DNA of 64,000 bases from Balanoglossus misakiensis (taxonomy: Eukaryota; Animalia; Hemichordata), in the NCBI GenBank assembly GCA_040954595.2, contig CM082581.2, positions 11,902,286 to 11,966,285 on the forward strand, read 5' to 3'. Both the position numbers and the translations under genes were made by a program. Shown here piece by piece: positions 37,554 to 50,263 of this stretch; within the stretch, counting starts at the first letter, position 1, and every line of letters begins with the position of its first letter. Below the pieces are notes generated by a model. That model was not told the origin of the DNA, searched no databases, and was given only the letters and a program-made list of their open reading frames with translations.

Positions 37554-38605
37554 ACATGGAAGATGAAAAGCTGTGTAAATAAAGTGGAAGTTAGAATCAG
37601 CTCTTACTTGTAGAAAGTTCAAGAGCTATTTTCTGTAGCCAACCTCACATACAGTCAGAAAACCCTGATCAACTTGTCAGTCATTTTCAAAGTCATTATT
37701 GTACTGTAAAACTTGGAATAATATAATCTCCAAGTTTGCCTGATCATATCCCAGTACTGCTGTCATTTAGTGCCACCTGATATATAGTGAATATTTTTTG
37801 TCAAAATGCACATATATTATGGAGAATCTTGTAAAAGTTTTCCTTACAATGACATAGACAAGGAACAGCGTACAGCCCTGAACAGTTATATTGTAGAGCT
37901 AAGGTTGAAGATAGTATTTCAAGAACACCTTGTATATTTTCTAAAGTAAAGTGTTTTTACATGGATTTTCCTTCAAATCAGAAATTGAAAAACATAATAG
38001 ATCCGTGTATTCCTTGTATACATTGACAATGAGTCTTGCATATCAGCTGGTTTTAGTGGTATACTTATAGTGAGAGAGGTTATTTTATTCAGAACAAAAA
38101 CCAAGTTCAACAGTGTTGTTACTAGTATTTGTTCAAAATACAGGCACAGCTTAGAATATGGATTTGAAGAAGCGCCCTCTTGTGTTGTACTTGATAATAT
38201 TTTTGTCTTTCAGGAACCACCTGTTCGCATTCATCAATGTAGAGTTGGATCTTTGTAGAATGTTGTTGTCTAGAGTTTGTGTTTCACGAAAGGTATGGCA
38301 AATTCACTATGTGTCAGACAATTTGGAGGGGAAAATCAAATTAAATCTTCATTTGTGAAGGGGTAATGTGGTGAGTTTGGATTTGGAGATGTAAATAAAT
38401 CATGAAACGCCATGTGTTATTGAAATTTACAGGAGATAATGTCTGTTATGCATTCTGTTTTTCAGTTTTGTTTCTTGGCTTTTCCAAAGTTAAAATAATT
38501 GGTTTTAAGAAATGGTTTATTTTTTATCTGTGCATTTATTTTCATACTCAAGGGGCTTTCTATCATTGTAAAATCTTTAAATGTTATATGATGTGATCAT
38601 AGATT

Positions 38606-38627
38606 TGTGTGTGTGTGTGTGTGTGTG
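38606..38627. repeat. (TG)n microsatellite downstream of alpha-catenin
   Basis: About 11 TG units. Confidence 0.8.
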
Positions 38628-41600
38628 CTTTGATGATTGTCAAACAATTTGAATATTTTAGTACTTTTTCTTTGTTTTTGGTAAGCTTTTTGAAGGATTA
38701 GTTTCACTGCCAAAACTAGTAAGTCTTGTCAAATTGACAAAAAATCTGTGCACAATGATAATTATAGTACTTCTGCTTCAGAGTATTTCAGGTCATCCCT
38801 GAAGTTTATTGTATAGAATCATTTTTACTGAAAAAATTGAATATTGTTATCACGAAATAGAAAATCAAGCATACCATTTAGTTTTGCCACAAGACCCATG
38901 CATTGGTAATTGTATTTTTTTCATTAATTCTCACTGATATATGCACTGTTATCATTAGCTGTTGCCTAACCTACAAATATCCAACTCCAGAGATTTTTAA
39001 ATATGCAAATTAGAAACCTAAAGCATGATGGGATAACAACTCAAAGATGTCAACAACTATGAATCTTCTTAATGCTGCATGATAGGCTTGTCTAAACATA
39101 GAATATGATGAACAACCAATAGGGTTTGCTCACACTGTTTATGATGCCTCATAATTTTCTCCACATTTCATTTTATTCAAAATATTACAAGGTTGGTCAT
39201 TTATATCAGACAGGTTGGTAGGTTTTTTGTGCCGCAGTAAAACAGAATTTTATATTAGCAAGTTAGGCTGTCTTTTTGCACAAAAATTAATTTAGAAATA
39301 TAATTCTAGAGAAGCATCACTCAATAATATGTAATTCCAAACACTGCATGAGTGTCACTACTTGTGAGAAGGGCAAAACTTGCTCATATTTGTTCACAGG
39401 GATTTTTTAGCGTTGACTGGTATAGAGTATATTTTAATATCTCACCCAATGGCTATTTGAAACACAATAAAAGGCTGAACTTTATTCCCAATGGTTTGAT
39501 GAAAATCCAATTTATTTATTTGCAAGTGTCGGTGTGAAAATAATCAAGCTATGTTACAGATCTAATATATTTCTGAACAGATAAAAAAAAACATCTACTA
39601 TATGAGCCACTGGCAGCGACATTTCTCATTTATAATGCAAAATTCAATTACATGTGCATGTATTTATCACTTTGGGATCTCTTCTGTTTATTTATTTATG
39701 ATAACTCCATTTGTCAGGAGCCCCCAGACTCCCTTTTTTTATTACAACCTTTCAATTTTGTTATTATTTTCTGCTAGTTCAGTATAAGAACCCAAGTTTA
39801 CATGAACTTTCATTGGTAAGCATGAAAATCCGCCATCGTGAAATTTTGTGAGATTTTTATCACTTGCCTAGGTAGCCAAAACCTATTTAATGTTGTGAGA
39901 ATTGTCTCAGTATTTTTTGTTGTATGTATCAACAACATTTTCTTGCTCTCCTCCTTATTATAGTAGCAAGATGCCCTATTTTCTGCCTGGTGATAGATAA
40001 TCCTCATATCAGGAAAATTAGCTAGGTCTTTTCATGTCCATTCTTCATCATATTCTCAGTCTGGTTTTCAATTAATGTTGGGCAAGCAACATAATTATTA
40101 TCGACTTCCTAACGTTTGTGTTTGTAATCACGTGCCAGTACCAGCCATTCTGTAACGACATCCCATTACACATGGTGAAAAGACAGTGTCACAATCGTTA
40201 TGTCGGTTATTTCCACCGGGTATCCAAGGCAACTCAACAAAAACAGCAGCTGAATTGAACTAGCATATAGCTGGACTGCTCTCTGAGCCGGAAATCGGAA
40301 TCCATAGAAGGGGTGTAGACAAGTAGCGAAACCGTGTCGTTTCAACAACACAGTTGTGATTGTTGTCTCCATGACAATCAAAACAACCAAGCTTTTAATC
40401 TCAGGATGAAAAGTGTGTGAAGTCGTGGCACTGTCAGTTTTTGGATTGAGATTTTTTTTTAAACTCCTTTCTCTTATACATTATGATGTGAAGGCCGCAA
40501 TACTAATTAATAGAATACGAGTAAAATGTCATGACGTGAATGTAGTAGATAAACTATGCCGAGCTGGCATTTGTTCGTAAATTGGTTTTATATGACCAAT
40601 TTGAAACGATTTATGACGTCATCACAAAATCAAACACGGCCACAGAAAATGCAATGTACATATACTAAAATCGTCTAAAGGGCTCATAAAAATTACGACA
40701 GTGGAGGGTAGCTTTCCTGCATATTCGAGTGTAATATAGGAATGGTCAAATTTGACAGTATGTTATACTCCTGACTTTTACTGTCGCAAACATTAAAAAC
40801 ATGGACGTTCAAAAGGCTTTCAAACACAAGCTAAGTGTACATTTATTTAAGTTAGAAGATTTAATTGGGTTTTATTTTATGTAAGCTAAATACTCATAAA
40901 TTTGAATTCTAGATATTTATACAATGCGGCCAGTGTTGTCGCCATTCTTCGGCAAAAAAATAGATCGAAATGAATCAATTACCCTTTCAGATATTTTAAC
41001 CGCCATCATCGTATTAATCTATAAACCCATCTTTTGCTTGCTCTATGACGTTTTGCATGCCAATATTTCTTTTCATGTGTGTTTCTTTCACGACTTAAAG
41101 GTCACCCAACGATTAAGCGACCCATGATGCAGTCTTAGTGAGATGATTTGATGCCAATACTAGTAAGTGTTTGTTGCGAATTGCACAGCGTGCAAATGAA
41201 TGATTCTTGGCAGTCGATAGATAGTATTGTCAATGTCAATGCAATAAACCTCAAAATGCAAGCTTATAGAAAAAATACTTTGCCTAAGCCCCTGTAGCAT
41301 ATCTGAAGCAACCTCCCCCCCCCCCCCCCCCATAATCAGATTACGTAATTGAGAAGAACACCTGTTGAGCAGAAACGCTTACGTCATGTTGTCTACATGC
41401 ATGGTCTCGCACGCCCAGCCAGCTTCTTGGCCTAACGAGCAGGCCTACATGTAACATGATAACGGTCGTATGGATAATTCCTTACTTTGGATTAGCAATG
41501 GACCCGTGCAACTTGTACAAGAACTGCATGATTATGGTCTAAGGTTAGTTTCAGATCCAGAAAACGTCTTTGTGTATTTCACAACGTAATTTGGGACACC

Positions 41601-42568
41601 TGGTTGCACCGTGCATCAAGCCAACATCATGTAACCGTAGCGTGGGTCCGTTCTTATGGAAGGCAAAAAGACAGTGAATGTAACAGGAAATATGCATATC
41701 CAGGGTTGTGTCTACTTCTATGAGTTTGCGATATAATGATGTTTTCAAATTCGGAATGCTCAGCGTAATGTAACATTTATTTTCATGCTTCAGGTTGTTT
41801 CATGATAACGTGACGGAGGCGGCTTCTGCTGGCAACTGAGATGGTATGTTGTAATTTATTTTCTATTGATGACCAGGGTTGTTTGGTTTTATTTTATGCA
41901 AATATTTAACGAAATGATGCTCAGGCGACAATCCAGGATTTTGCAAACAGGGCGGTGCAATATGAAAGCAGTTAGTCCGTAATGGCCGGCTATTCAGGCT
42001 ACCAGAAAGACAAGTCGCCGGTCGCGCGTGCGTATTAGAAGCATGATGGCTGTCAAAATCCTGGCCATCGCATTTCACACTGTTGTTTGTTGTATACAAT
42101 ATTAATTTTAAAACACGGATGCAAATAATTTATTAATATAAACGATTAACATGACGAGATAAAAATACATCAACTCATGAGTCGGATGATATCCTTAAAT
42201 TTATACAATCACCTCTGCAAATTCAGCCACGGTTACCATGGAAAAGGTGACATAGCCAATTATAGATTTTCACTTGGGTGCCCATGCGAAAAAGTGTGCC
42301 ACGACAAACCCTACAATGTATATATTGTTGAATATAGAAACACGGAGTCTCACATGGGACCATGCCAGACATATACATTTATTTTTTTGTGTATATAGTA
42401 TATCTTAGGATAATTACAATGGGTGTTTAACATCACTAACACTTTTATAGGTACTGCAATTTAATGAAAATAAAGTGTCCGTCATAAAAATAATGTAGAT
42501 GTAAATGCGGAAAGTTTCTGAATTTCCTGTCCGTACTGAGTTCGATACAAGTGTTCGATTTTGCTTTT

Positions 42569-45500
42569 CTACCCTCTCCTGCAAGAAAAGAGTTTTCTCA
42601 GTAAATCCACCATTTTCTGTCGAACTTGTTTATTGGTCCACGTGTAGATGATTGGGTTGAGCATGCTGTTTGCGTAAACAATCCACATGGCAGTTACCCG
42701 GATGTAGCGATGGATTTCGAGTCCGTCCACGTAACACGAATTGACCACAGCGTACGGTCCCCAACACATGAAATAAACGATGATTAGAATAGCGCCTGCA
42801 GTGAAATAACACATTTTGAAAAGATCAGTGTTTCATCGACATTTCTTTTTCAAAGATGACAGCTAGGGCATTGGAAAATTACACCTGGCGGCATGAGTAC
42901 GCTTATTGAGTATTTTTCTACATTAGAAAACAGTTTTGATAGATTAGCCAATTATGTACCTGTTTAACTGAAATGCTGTCGCTCTACGCGAACACGTCAC
43001 ATTTATCATGTCTATAAGTCTTTGGTTGGCCATGAGTCCACGCCTGGTAATTTGAAATCTGTCTTACACGTTGGCTGGGGGAATCTTCATATTAGTATAC
43101 CGCTAGCGATTTTACCTGTTATGGCAACTCTCTTCTCCGCCCTCAATGAAACTCTTGCCGGGGGCTGATTGCTTCTCTCCGGTACAGTGCCGGCAGTATC
43201 ACCCGTGCCCGCCGTATTAGAGAAACCGCTGGGTTGTATGACCACGTGGAGTCCCTGACCATCGCTGATGCCGCCACGACCATTATCCGTTCCCAATGAG
43301 TCTTGGGTCACTGAAAACTCAGCAAGATCTCGCCTTGGTCCCGTGCGCACAGTGATGCACTTGACCTTGGCGTTGCTCGCTTTAAGCTTTCTGTAGATGA
43401 AGACGTATGACGTAGCCATGACCAAGACAGGTATCACTAGCCCCAGGACAACCACGAGAGTGTAGTACCCACAACTTGAAGTCCATACTGGCGAACAGTG
43501 ATGGGTTCCTGTGGGAGGGATGTTATATGGGAAAGCAAAACTTTTTTCACGTTACATTCGCTAGAGTACAGAAAAAAGCAATGCACTTTTGAATTAGTGC
43601 AATCAATATATCTATTTGTAGCAAAACGGAACTCACTATATTCCACTTAATTCAAACCACGCAGTTATATGCATATACTTGCATCGTTAATTTCTACATT
43701 CGACATTTTTTAAAACTTTACCGGTAGATAATGCATGCGAAGCAAAAAGGGCGCCGAAAGCCTACTACCTGACTTTATGTTAACAGCATAGTGAGTGGCA
43801 ACTTTCATCCTTCAACATTTATTTTAAAATATAACTTTTACCGAGAAATTTCGATTAAAAATAGTATGTCACGAAGCACGCAATCTACCTTAATTGCGTT
43901 TCATCATTAATGCCATTGCCATAGTCTCCATTCATGTGATTACTTATAAAGGCTTAAATTATTCATTCCCCCTCATTGTGTAAAGTGCTTCTCCGTGTTT
44001 GTCTAATTTATACGTACAGTTTTTTTGTAATACAAGCTCATCATTTGAACCGTTTTAGTTAGATTGGAGTTGTGCCTTGCATAGCACATGCCCATTTAAA
44101 GAGAAAAGGCACCTTACCTGGATTATAGGAATAACTGGACCAACCGAAGAGCGGAAGTGCACACACGATTGCGCTGCTCACCCAGATGGAAATAATGACG
44201 AGAGTGACCTTCTTCGGAGTGATGAAATCGCGATATTTTAGTGGGCTTGTGATGGCGAAAAAGCGATCGAGAGAAATCGCTGTCAGCGAAAACGTTGATG
44301 CACCAATTAGTGTGCAGGACATGAAACCGTTAAACTGAGGAAAAAAGAATATGATGATCGGTTTAAGGCTATACTGCAAGATTGGTACGTGCAAATTAGG
44401 GATAGAGCATTTAATGTTGGAAGGGGGTTTGGAATTAACACTTGCCTGCTTGATATCATGAATAACTACGGCCAAAGAATTAAGTGACAGTCACAGAGAG
44501 GGGGATTATACTAAATAGGTATTGAAAATAAATTCAGTGAGTTTCGTTGCAGCGACGAATCAGTCGTTGATTGGCCTAACCACGGATATTGTTATGCAAA
44601 GTGAGGTCATGTTGGGTTCAAGATCGCGGAATCGCATCGCCGGTGTAAATAAAATGTTCAATAATCACCTCTCTTTTATTCCATGTCACCTTTAAAAGCT
44701 CGCATTTTGAAAAATAAAACTGCACAGTCCCCCACTGTTAATTCTATCAAGGCCCTTATCACATGAATCATTTACTTTTATTAATATGCGTTGCAGAAGG
44801 TATAATCTATTTATTACTTACAAAAGAACCCTACTGATATATCCTTTTTTTGACGCATCTTAATACAGCGCTGACTTTTAAAAGACGGGTTGAACTTTGA
44901 AATGTCAATGCGCCCAAGATAATATTCAATTGACGGAAAAATCATTTTAGGACTACACGATATATGATAACACTGAATTGTAATATACAGGCCAAGAAGA
45001 AAAGCTTCCTTGCTACGGTGTCTTGGCAAGCAATGCGAGCAACAGCAAATATAGGACTTTTTTATCTAACCAATGAAATAACAGACGCTATTGACAAACT
45101 TGATTTTCTGGAGTCCGTAAACAGTCATCTTTGTAGTTAGGTATACGACTTGTGAGTAAAATTTGACCAGAAAAAAAATATGGAAATAAGTGATATTGAC
45201 AAATTATCTAGGGTTGATACCGAAATTGACTTTAGCGGGATAATCCGGCGTCAAATTCTCTAGGTATTTTTCAGGAGAAAATCGATTTAATGACCAGCTA
45301 AATTCGTATAATGCATGGTGCACTAGTTTCAAGTTTGATTTTTCAGGAGTTCGTCAATAGTTGTCTTAGTACGTATACGACTTGTGGGTAAAATTTGACT
45401 AGAACAAATCTGGAAAATAAGTGATATCGACAAACTATCTGGGATGTATATTGCAATTGACTTTGGAAGGATAACCCATCGTCAAATGCTCTACTTGTTT

Positions 45501-47810
45501 TTTTAATATATGAGAAGAAAATCGATTTAACGACCAGTTGAATTCGCACAATGATCGCGGTGCACTAGTTTCTTGCAATGTTCATTTTGAACTTCTCACG
45601 CGGAAATTAAAACGTGCAAAAATTGTTCTTGCCAAAAAAAACTAGGAAAGATTTGGAATTGGTTTCATCATTGAAAAAAGCCTGAAGTCACGTGGTCTAT
45701 CTGAAAGCATTCTCTTTTAGTATTTGTATTCTTACGCAAGAGAATGAGAATCGTGTGCTAGTATTTTGCTTGATTTAGTGCTGGCTTAATGAACCTAACA
45801 AAAGAAACACTCTCACCGTTACGTATCGATTTTTTAAAAATAAACGAATACATTGTAATAGACAATGGTCAGAAAATGACATTCATCGTCTCCAGCACTC
45901 TCATCAAAATATTTACACAGTCTCCATCTTTTAAATTGTGATTGCGCTTTCTTTTAAAACGCTTACAGAGAATGCTCTGCAGGTTAACATGTTGTCGGCT
46001 CGTCCTAGTTTACACGCTGAACGTAAACACAGTATGTGAATGGCCCTGCTGCAGTTGTAAAATGTCAGGTGTTGTACGTTTTAATTTGGTTGTTTTGGTA
46101 ACTGTCTTTACACTGAAGGAGCAAAGTCACCCACGATTGACATTATTATATTAATTTTTGTCAGATTATATTGCCCTGTTGAATATGCTGATATTACAAC
46201 TTTAACTCAACGTACACCTTGTACCTGTTATAAGGCTTTCATGACAGGTGTGCAGTTATTAATCGAACGATTCGTCTTTCTGCGACCGAACTGCGAAAAA
46301 TAAGATGGAAAATGACACTGTATGACGCATGGAGATATCGCGGTGTGAAAAAGAAAATTGACAATTCGAGCAAGCATCCATTCTCCCCGTTAATTCTCCT
46401 TCCTAATCGAAAAAGGAAAACAGTTTCCATGGTTTCGACTATGCGCCTCGAAAATTAAACTCTCAAACTTGTTCTCATATTATGCCCAAGGTAACTTTAG
46501 ACTACGCGTTCCACAGTAATGTCACACGAAACCTAAGCATGTAACATGATCTTACTATAGTAACGACGTCTTTTCAAAAACTCTTTAAATGATATTAGCG
46601 TCAACGTAAGTTTGTGTCATGATTGTCCTCGTCAAGAGAAGCGTGGTGTCAGCTTGTTAGGATAAGAAGCATTTTACCGGATTTGTATGTATATCATTTC
46701 TTGAGGTGTACAATACTTCATAGATATGTAAACATTACAGGTGTAACCTTACCACGAGTGAAAGTAATGCTAAAACAAAAGTGATAAACTGACCTTTATA
46801 AATTCACACAAGAACTTTGGTGAAGTTTGTTGTTTTAACGCATTTTGTTGTAAGATCTCATTTTGAGGGCGACTGCTCAAATTTGAACAACCTGATTCAG
46901 TTGACGTGGACATGTTTACAATGACTTCATAATTATAGTGCTGAATGTGTGATTTAAAAGCTGTGGGATTATAGTGAGCCCTGTTTAACCTCGTAAAAGG
47001 AAACTAAATTATTCTGTTTGGAATGATCTAGGTCGGTATAATCTGATTCAGATGATGCCATAGTATAAATAGAATCATATACGCATCTTTGATGTTACAT
47101 GTTCATTGCATTGGTTTTTCTCTTTGAAGCAAAATTTATGTAGACCCTCAAATTTGGAAAGCGAGACCACTTACATTTCAGGGTCTGTGCTTGTGACTGA
47201 CAAACTTTCGAGCTCCCGGGGCTTTAAACACCTGGCCGAGTATTAATTTTCATCATAATAACGACGAAATGTCAAGCTCAAATCGCTTTGTTTCATCCGT
47301 CGAAAACGCAGTTAATAGATCTCCGAGGATGTTTTCCTAACCAAGCGGAACATTCTATCAACGGTCTACGCGTGAAGAAGGGGCTTCTTGCAAATCAACA
47401 GGTTGCGGCATATTTCCTCTAAAAACTCAGTGAGCATTTCATCTTGTTCTCTCGTTCCTTCAGCAAAGATTGCCAAATAAAACGAGCGCCTGCCTTCAAC
47501 AAGGTTCCGCGCTGGCTGGATGAAATCAAATCATACGTACCATGCAAAAAGGAGCTGATGTCCACAACACGTTGGACTTCAAGAAGACAGAGACAACTGC
47601 AAGAGGCATGCACGTCACGGCCAAAGTGACGTCGGAAACGCTCAGGGCAAGCAGGAGTTTAAAGTGCGGCTTAATTCGAAACTGCGCATTTTTCAGGATG
47701 ATGTAGCACCCCAGTAAGTTGAAGACAATCGTAAGCAGTGCAATGGTTGCCAGGGTAATCCCTGGAATAAAGACATCATACGCCGAATGAAGGACGTCGG
47801 CAGCTACCAT
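42569..47810 (-). CDS. Class A (rhodopsin-like) GPCR, orphan, 4 exons, ~368 aa
   Basis: Exons (minus) 47810-47541, 44334-44118, 43508-43116, 42795-42569, in frame. TM1 FN, TM2 LSVSD, C3.25, DRF, TM4 W...LPLFGW, ECL2 Cys, TM5 IP, TM6 CWGP, TM7 NPIIY, helix 8. Confidence 0.9.
45101..45572. repeat. Diverged tandem duplication, 2 x ~235 bp, in GPCR intron 1
   Basis: Copy 1 ~45101-45330 and copy 2 ~45337-45572 share colinear blocks: GTATACGACTTGTG, AAAATTTGAC, AATAAGTGATAT, AATTGACTTT, GAAAATCGATTTAA, GGTGCACTAGTTTC. Confidence 0.8.
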
Positions 47811-50263
47811 TGCTCCCCGGCGCCGACTGCTAACGCACTGGAGTAGGCCGGCAGTTTTTGTGGAGTCGTCACGTCACGTCTTGTACCAATCCGCAACCTC
47901 ACATTCGTCAATTATACTTCATACATTATTACTGAACGCGGCATACAACCCTCGCGGAATAAAATGAATATGGATATATCAGAACTGCGATTCAGCGTAG
48001 AGTATGATGCGATATTCGACAAGTGTCCAATTAGGGAAAAAATTCGTCTTGTACAGACCCCTCCCCCTTTAAAAAATTCAAATACCTTGCGGCTTTCCAA
48101 CTCTTAATAATTATGTTCTTTTCTTAGCATGACAAAAAGATAATTATAATAACGTCACTAGGACATGTTAACATGGGTTGTAAAGAGATGTTTTTTGATG
48201 GTCGCCCACATGCTTCACCAAGACGTGTTTTCTTAAATTTAACAAGAGTCAGACAAACGAAACAGAGATACAGTCGTTGGGGGCGCCAATTGTCTTTCGG
48301 TCGAGGAAGACGCCACCTTTGAGACCTTCCATTCCATTTTGCACCTTTATTGCTCTGAGTTGCTTTCCTCTCCAGACTCCATGGTTCACTTTAATTCTTG
48401 GTCAGAGTTCAAAACACTATTTTCTGACTCGCATTTATCTGCTAGTTAAAGATCGAATAGGATTCAAACCTCCATGTTTTGCTGTGTTTGATCTTCAAGG
48501 AAACAGAATCATGTGATGTGATGATACATACGCTACAAGAATTTTTGTATTTTATTTTTCATATTTACATGAAAATATCTTCTACAAATAGGAAAAAATC
48601 CGGCATTTGAACACTATACATACTATAAAGTGAGGCAGTTATTTACGTGTATAAATTTATTTATACAAATCACAGTTGAAAAAAGTTGCACTAATTTGCT
48701 TTGGATGGTGTCATGGTGAAGGAATACATCAGGAATGACCAATCAGGGAGGGTTTAACACTCTGGAAGGCAAGCAAACCCCTACACATCTACAAGGAATG
48801 ACATAATTGGCTGTCTTTTGCAATCACTGGTTACAGTATACCATTGATTAGACAAAATGTGCGTTTGTAGGGCATAGGATAAAAGTATTATTTTGGTTTT
48901 GGTCATGTGTGTACTGTAAGTGAAGTACAAAGAATTTAGCCATTATACCTCACTTTGGGGTCAATCACAAATCAGGTTTTCAGGGTCAAAGTTCAAAGGT
49001 TCTGTTTCCTGTTTTCAATCCTGTATACAGGTGGGGAAATAACATGTGCTTGTGAAAGTATGGCAAGAAAATTGTAATAGTTCAATGTTTTCCATAAAAA
49101 TGACAAAAGTCAAAGGAAAGGAAAAAATGACAAAACCAAAACTCTTAAATCAATGTTGAAAAAATACATATTTACAATATTGATACAATTTTGAAGTAAA
49201 TATTACTCCATACATAAATAATTCGCACTTTTTAAAAAATAAATACACAATGTTAAGTTTTCAGTTCATGTTGTATATTAAAGGGATACAACAGAGCTGA
49301 ATATGTTGGAAACTATCAAACCTCAAAAAAACTACTTGAGTTGCTAGCATTGAAAAACTTTCTTTACGATCCAGATAGCATCAGTAAATCTGCAAGGTTC
49401 CCAACAGAGCGATACCGATCATTTCTCTGAGTAGAATAATTAACTTTGGGCAGGTGCTTAATCTTTGATGAATACAAAACAAAATAGTACTGTTTTCAGT
49501 CTTTGTTTTAACACTTGGATCTGTCAAAGGACAAGATTACACTGGCTTCACCAGGAAAGAAATTGAAGCAATCATCAATCCGACTTACATGAAAATCACC
49601 ATGAATATAATTTTTTTCTTATTTATCAAGTTTGCTAAGAACGAAACACAAAACCTTTTTGTTTTACAAGCAGTCATGGCTGGCCTCAACAGAAGTTAAT
49701 GCTGTGCTCTGTCAATGTTAAAGCTATCCTCTACACAAGAAAAGAGTCCTTCTACAGAAGTCACAGTTGTCATCTGCAGGGGAAAAGATTCTCTCTAATT
49801 ATACGCAGGGAAGTTATCACCTATAAAAAGAGTTGTCTTTTACAGAAATCAGAAAACATGTATCCTCTTTAGAAATCAAAGTACACCAAATAACGTGGCC
49901 CTCCCAGAAATTGTGCGAAATGGAGATCAGTATTTCAGATAGAGCTGTATACATATATTTACATCTCCACTACTGCCTTGTTATGCGTACAATCACAACC
50001 CAGGGTCTAGAATCTTATCTAAACGCTCTACACTTATATTATAAGTTGTCACAACCTTTATGTCCAACTACTGCTTTACATAGCACCATGGTATCCGTTG
50101 CACTGAACCATATATTAAATAAATAGAATACCTTTTCTGTACATGTTCTGCTACTTCTACTTTCTGTTCATTACACTTTGATCTTTCATAACAAAAATGT
50201 ATGTAAAAAATCCTCTCATATGGGAAGTCAACAAAGACCCCACATTTGGTGTCACCAGGACAC

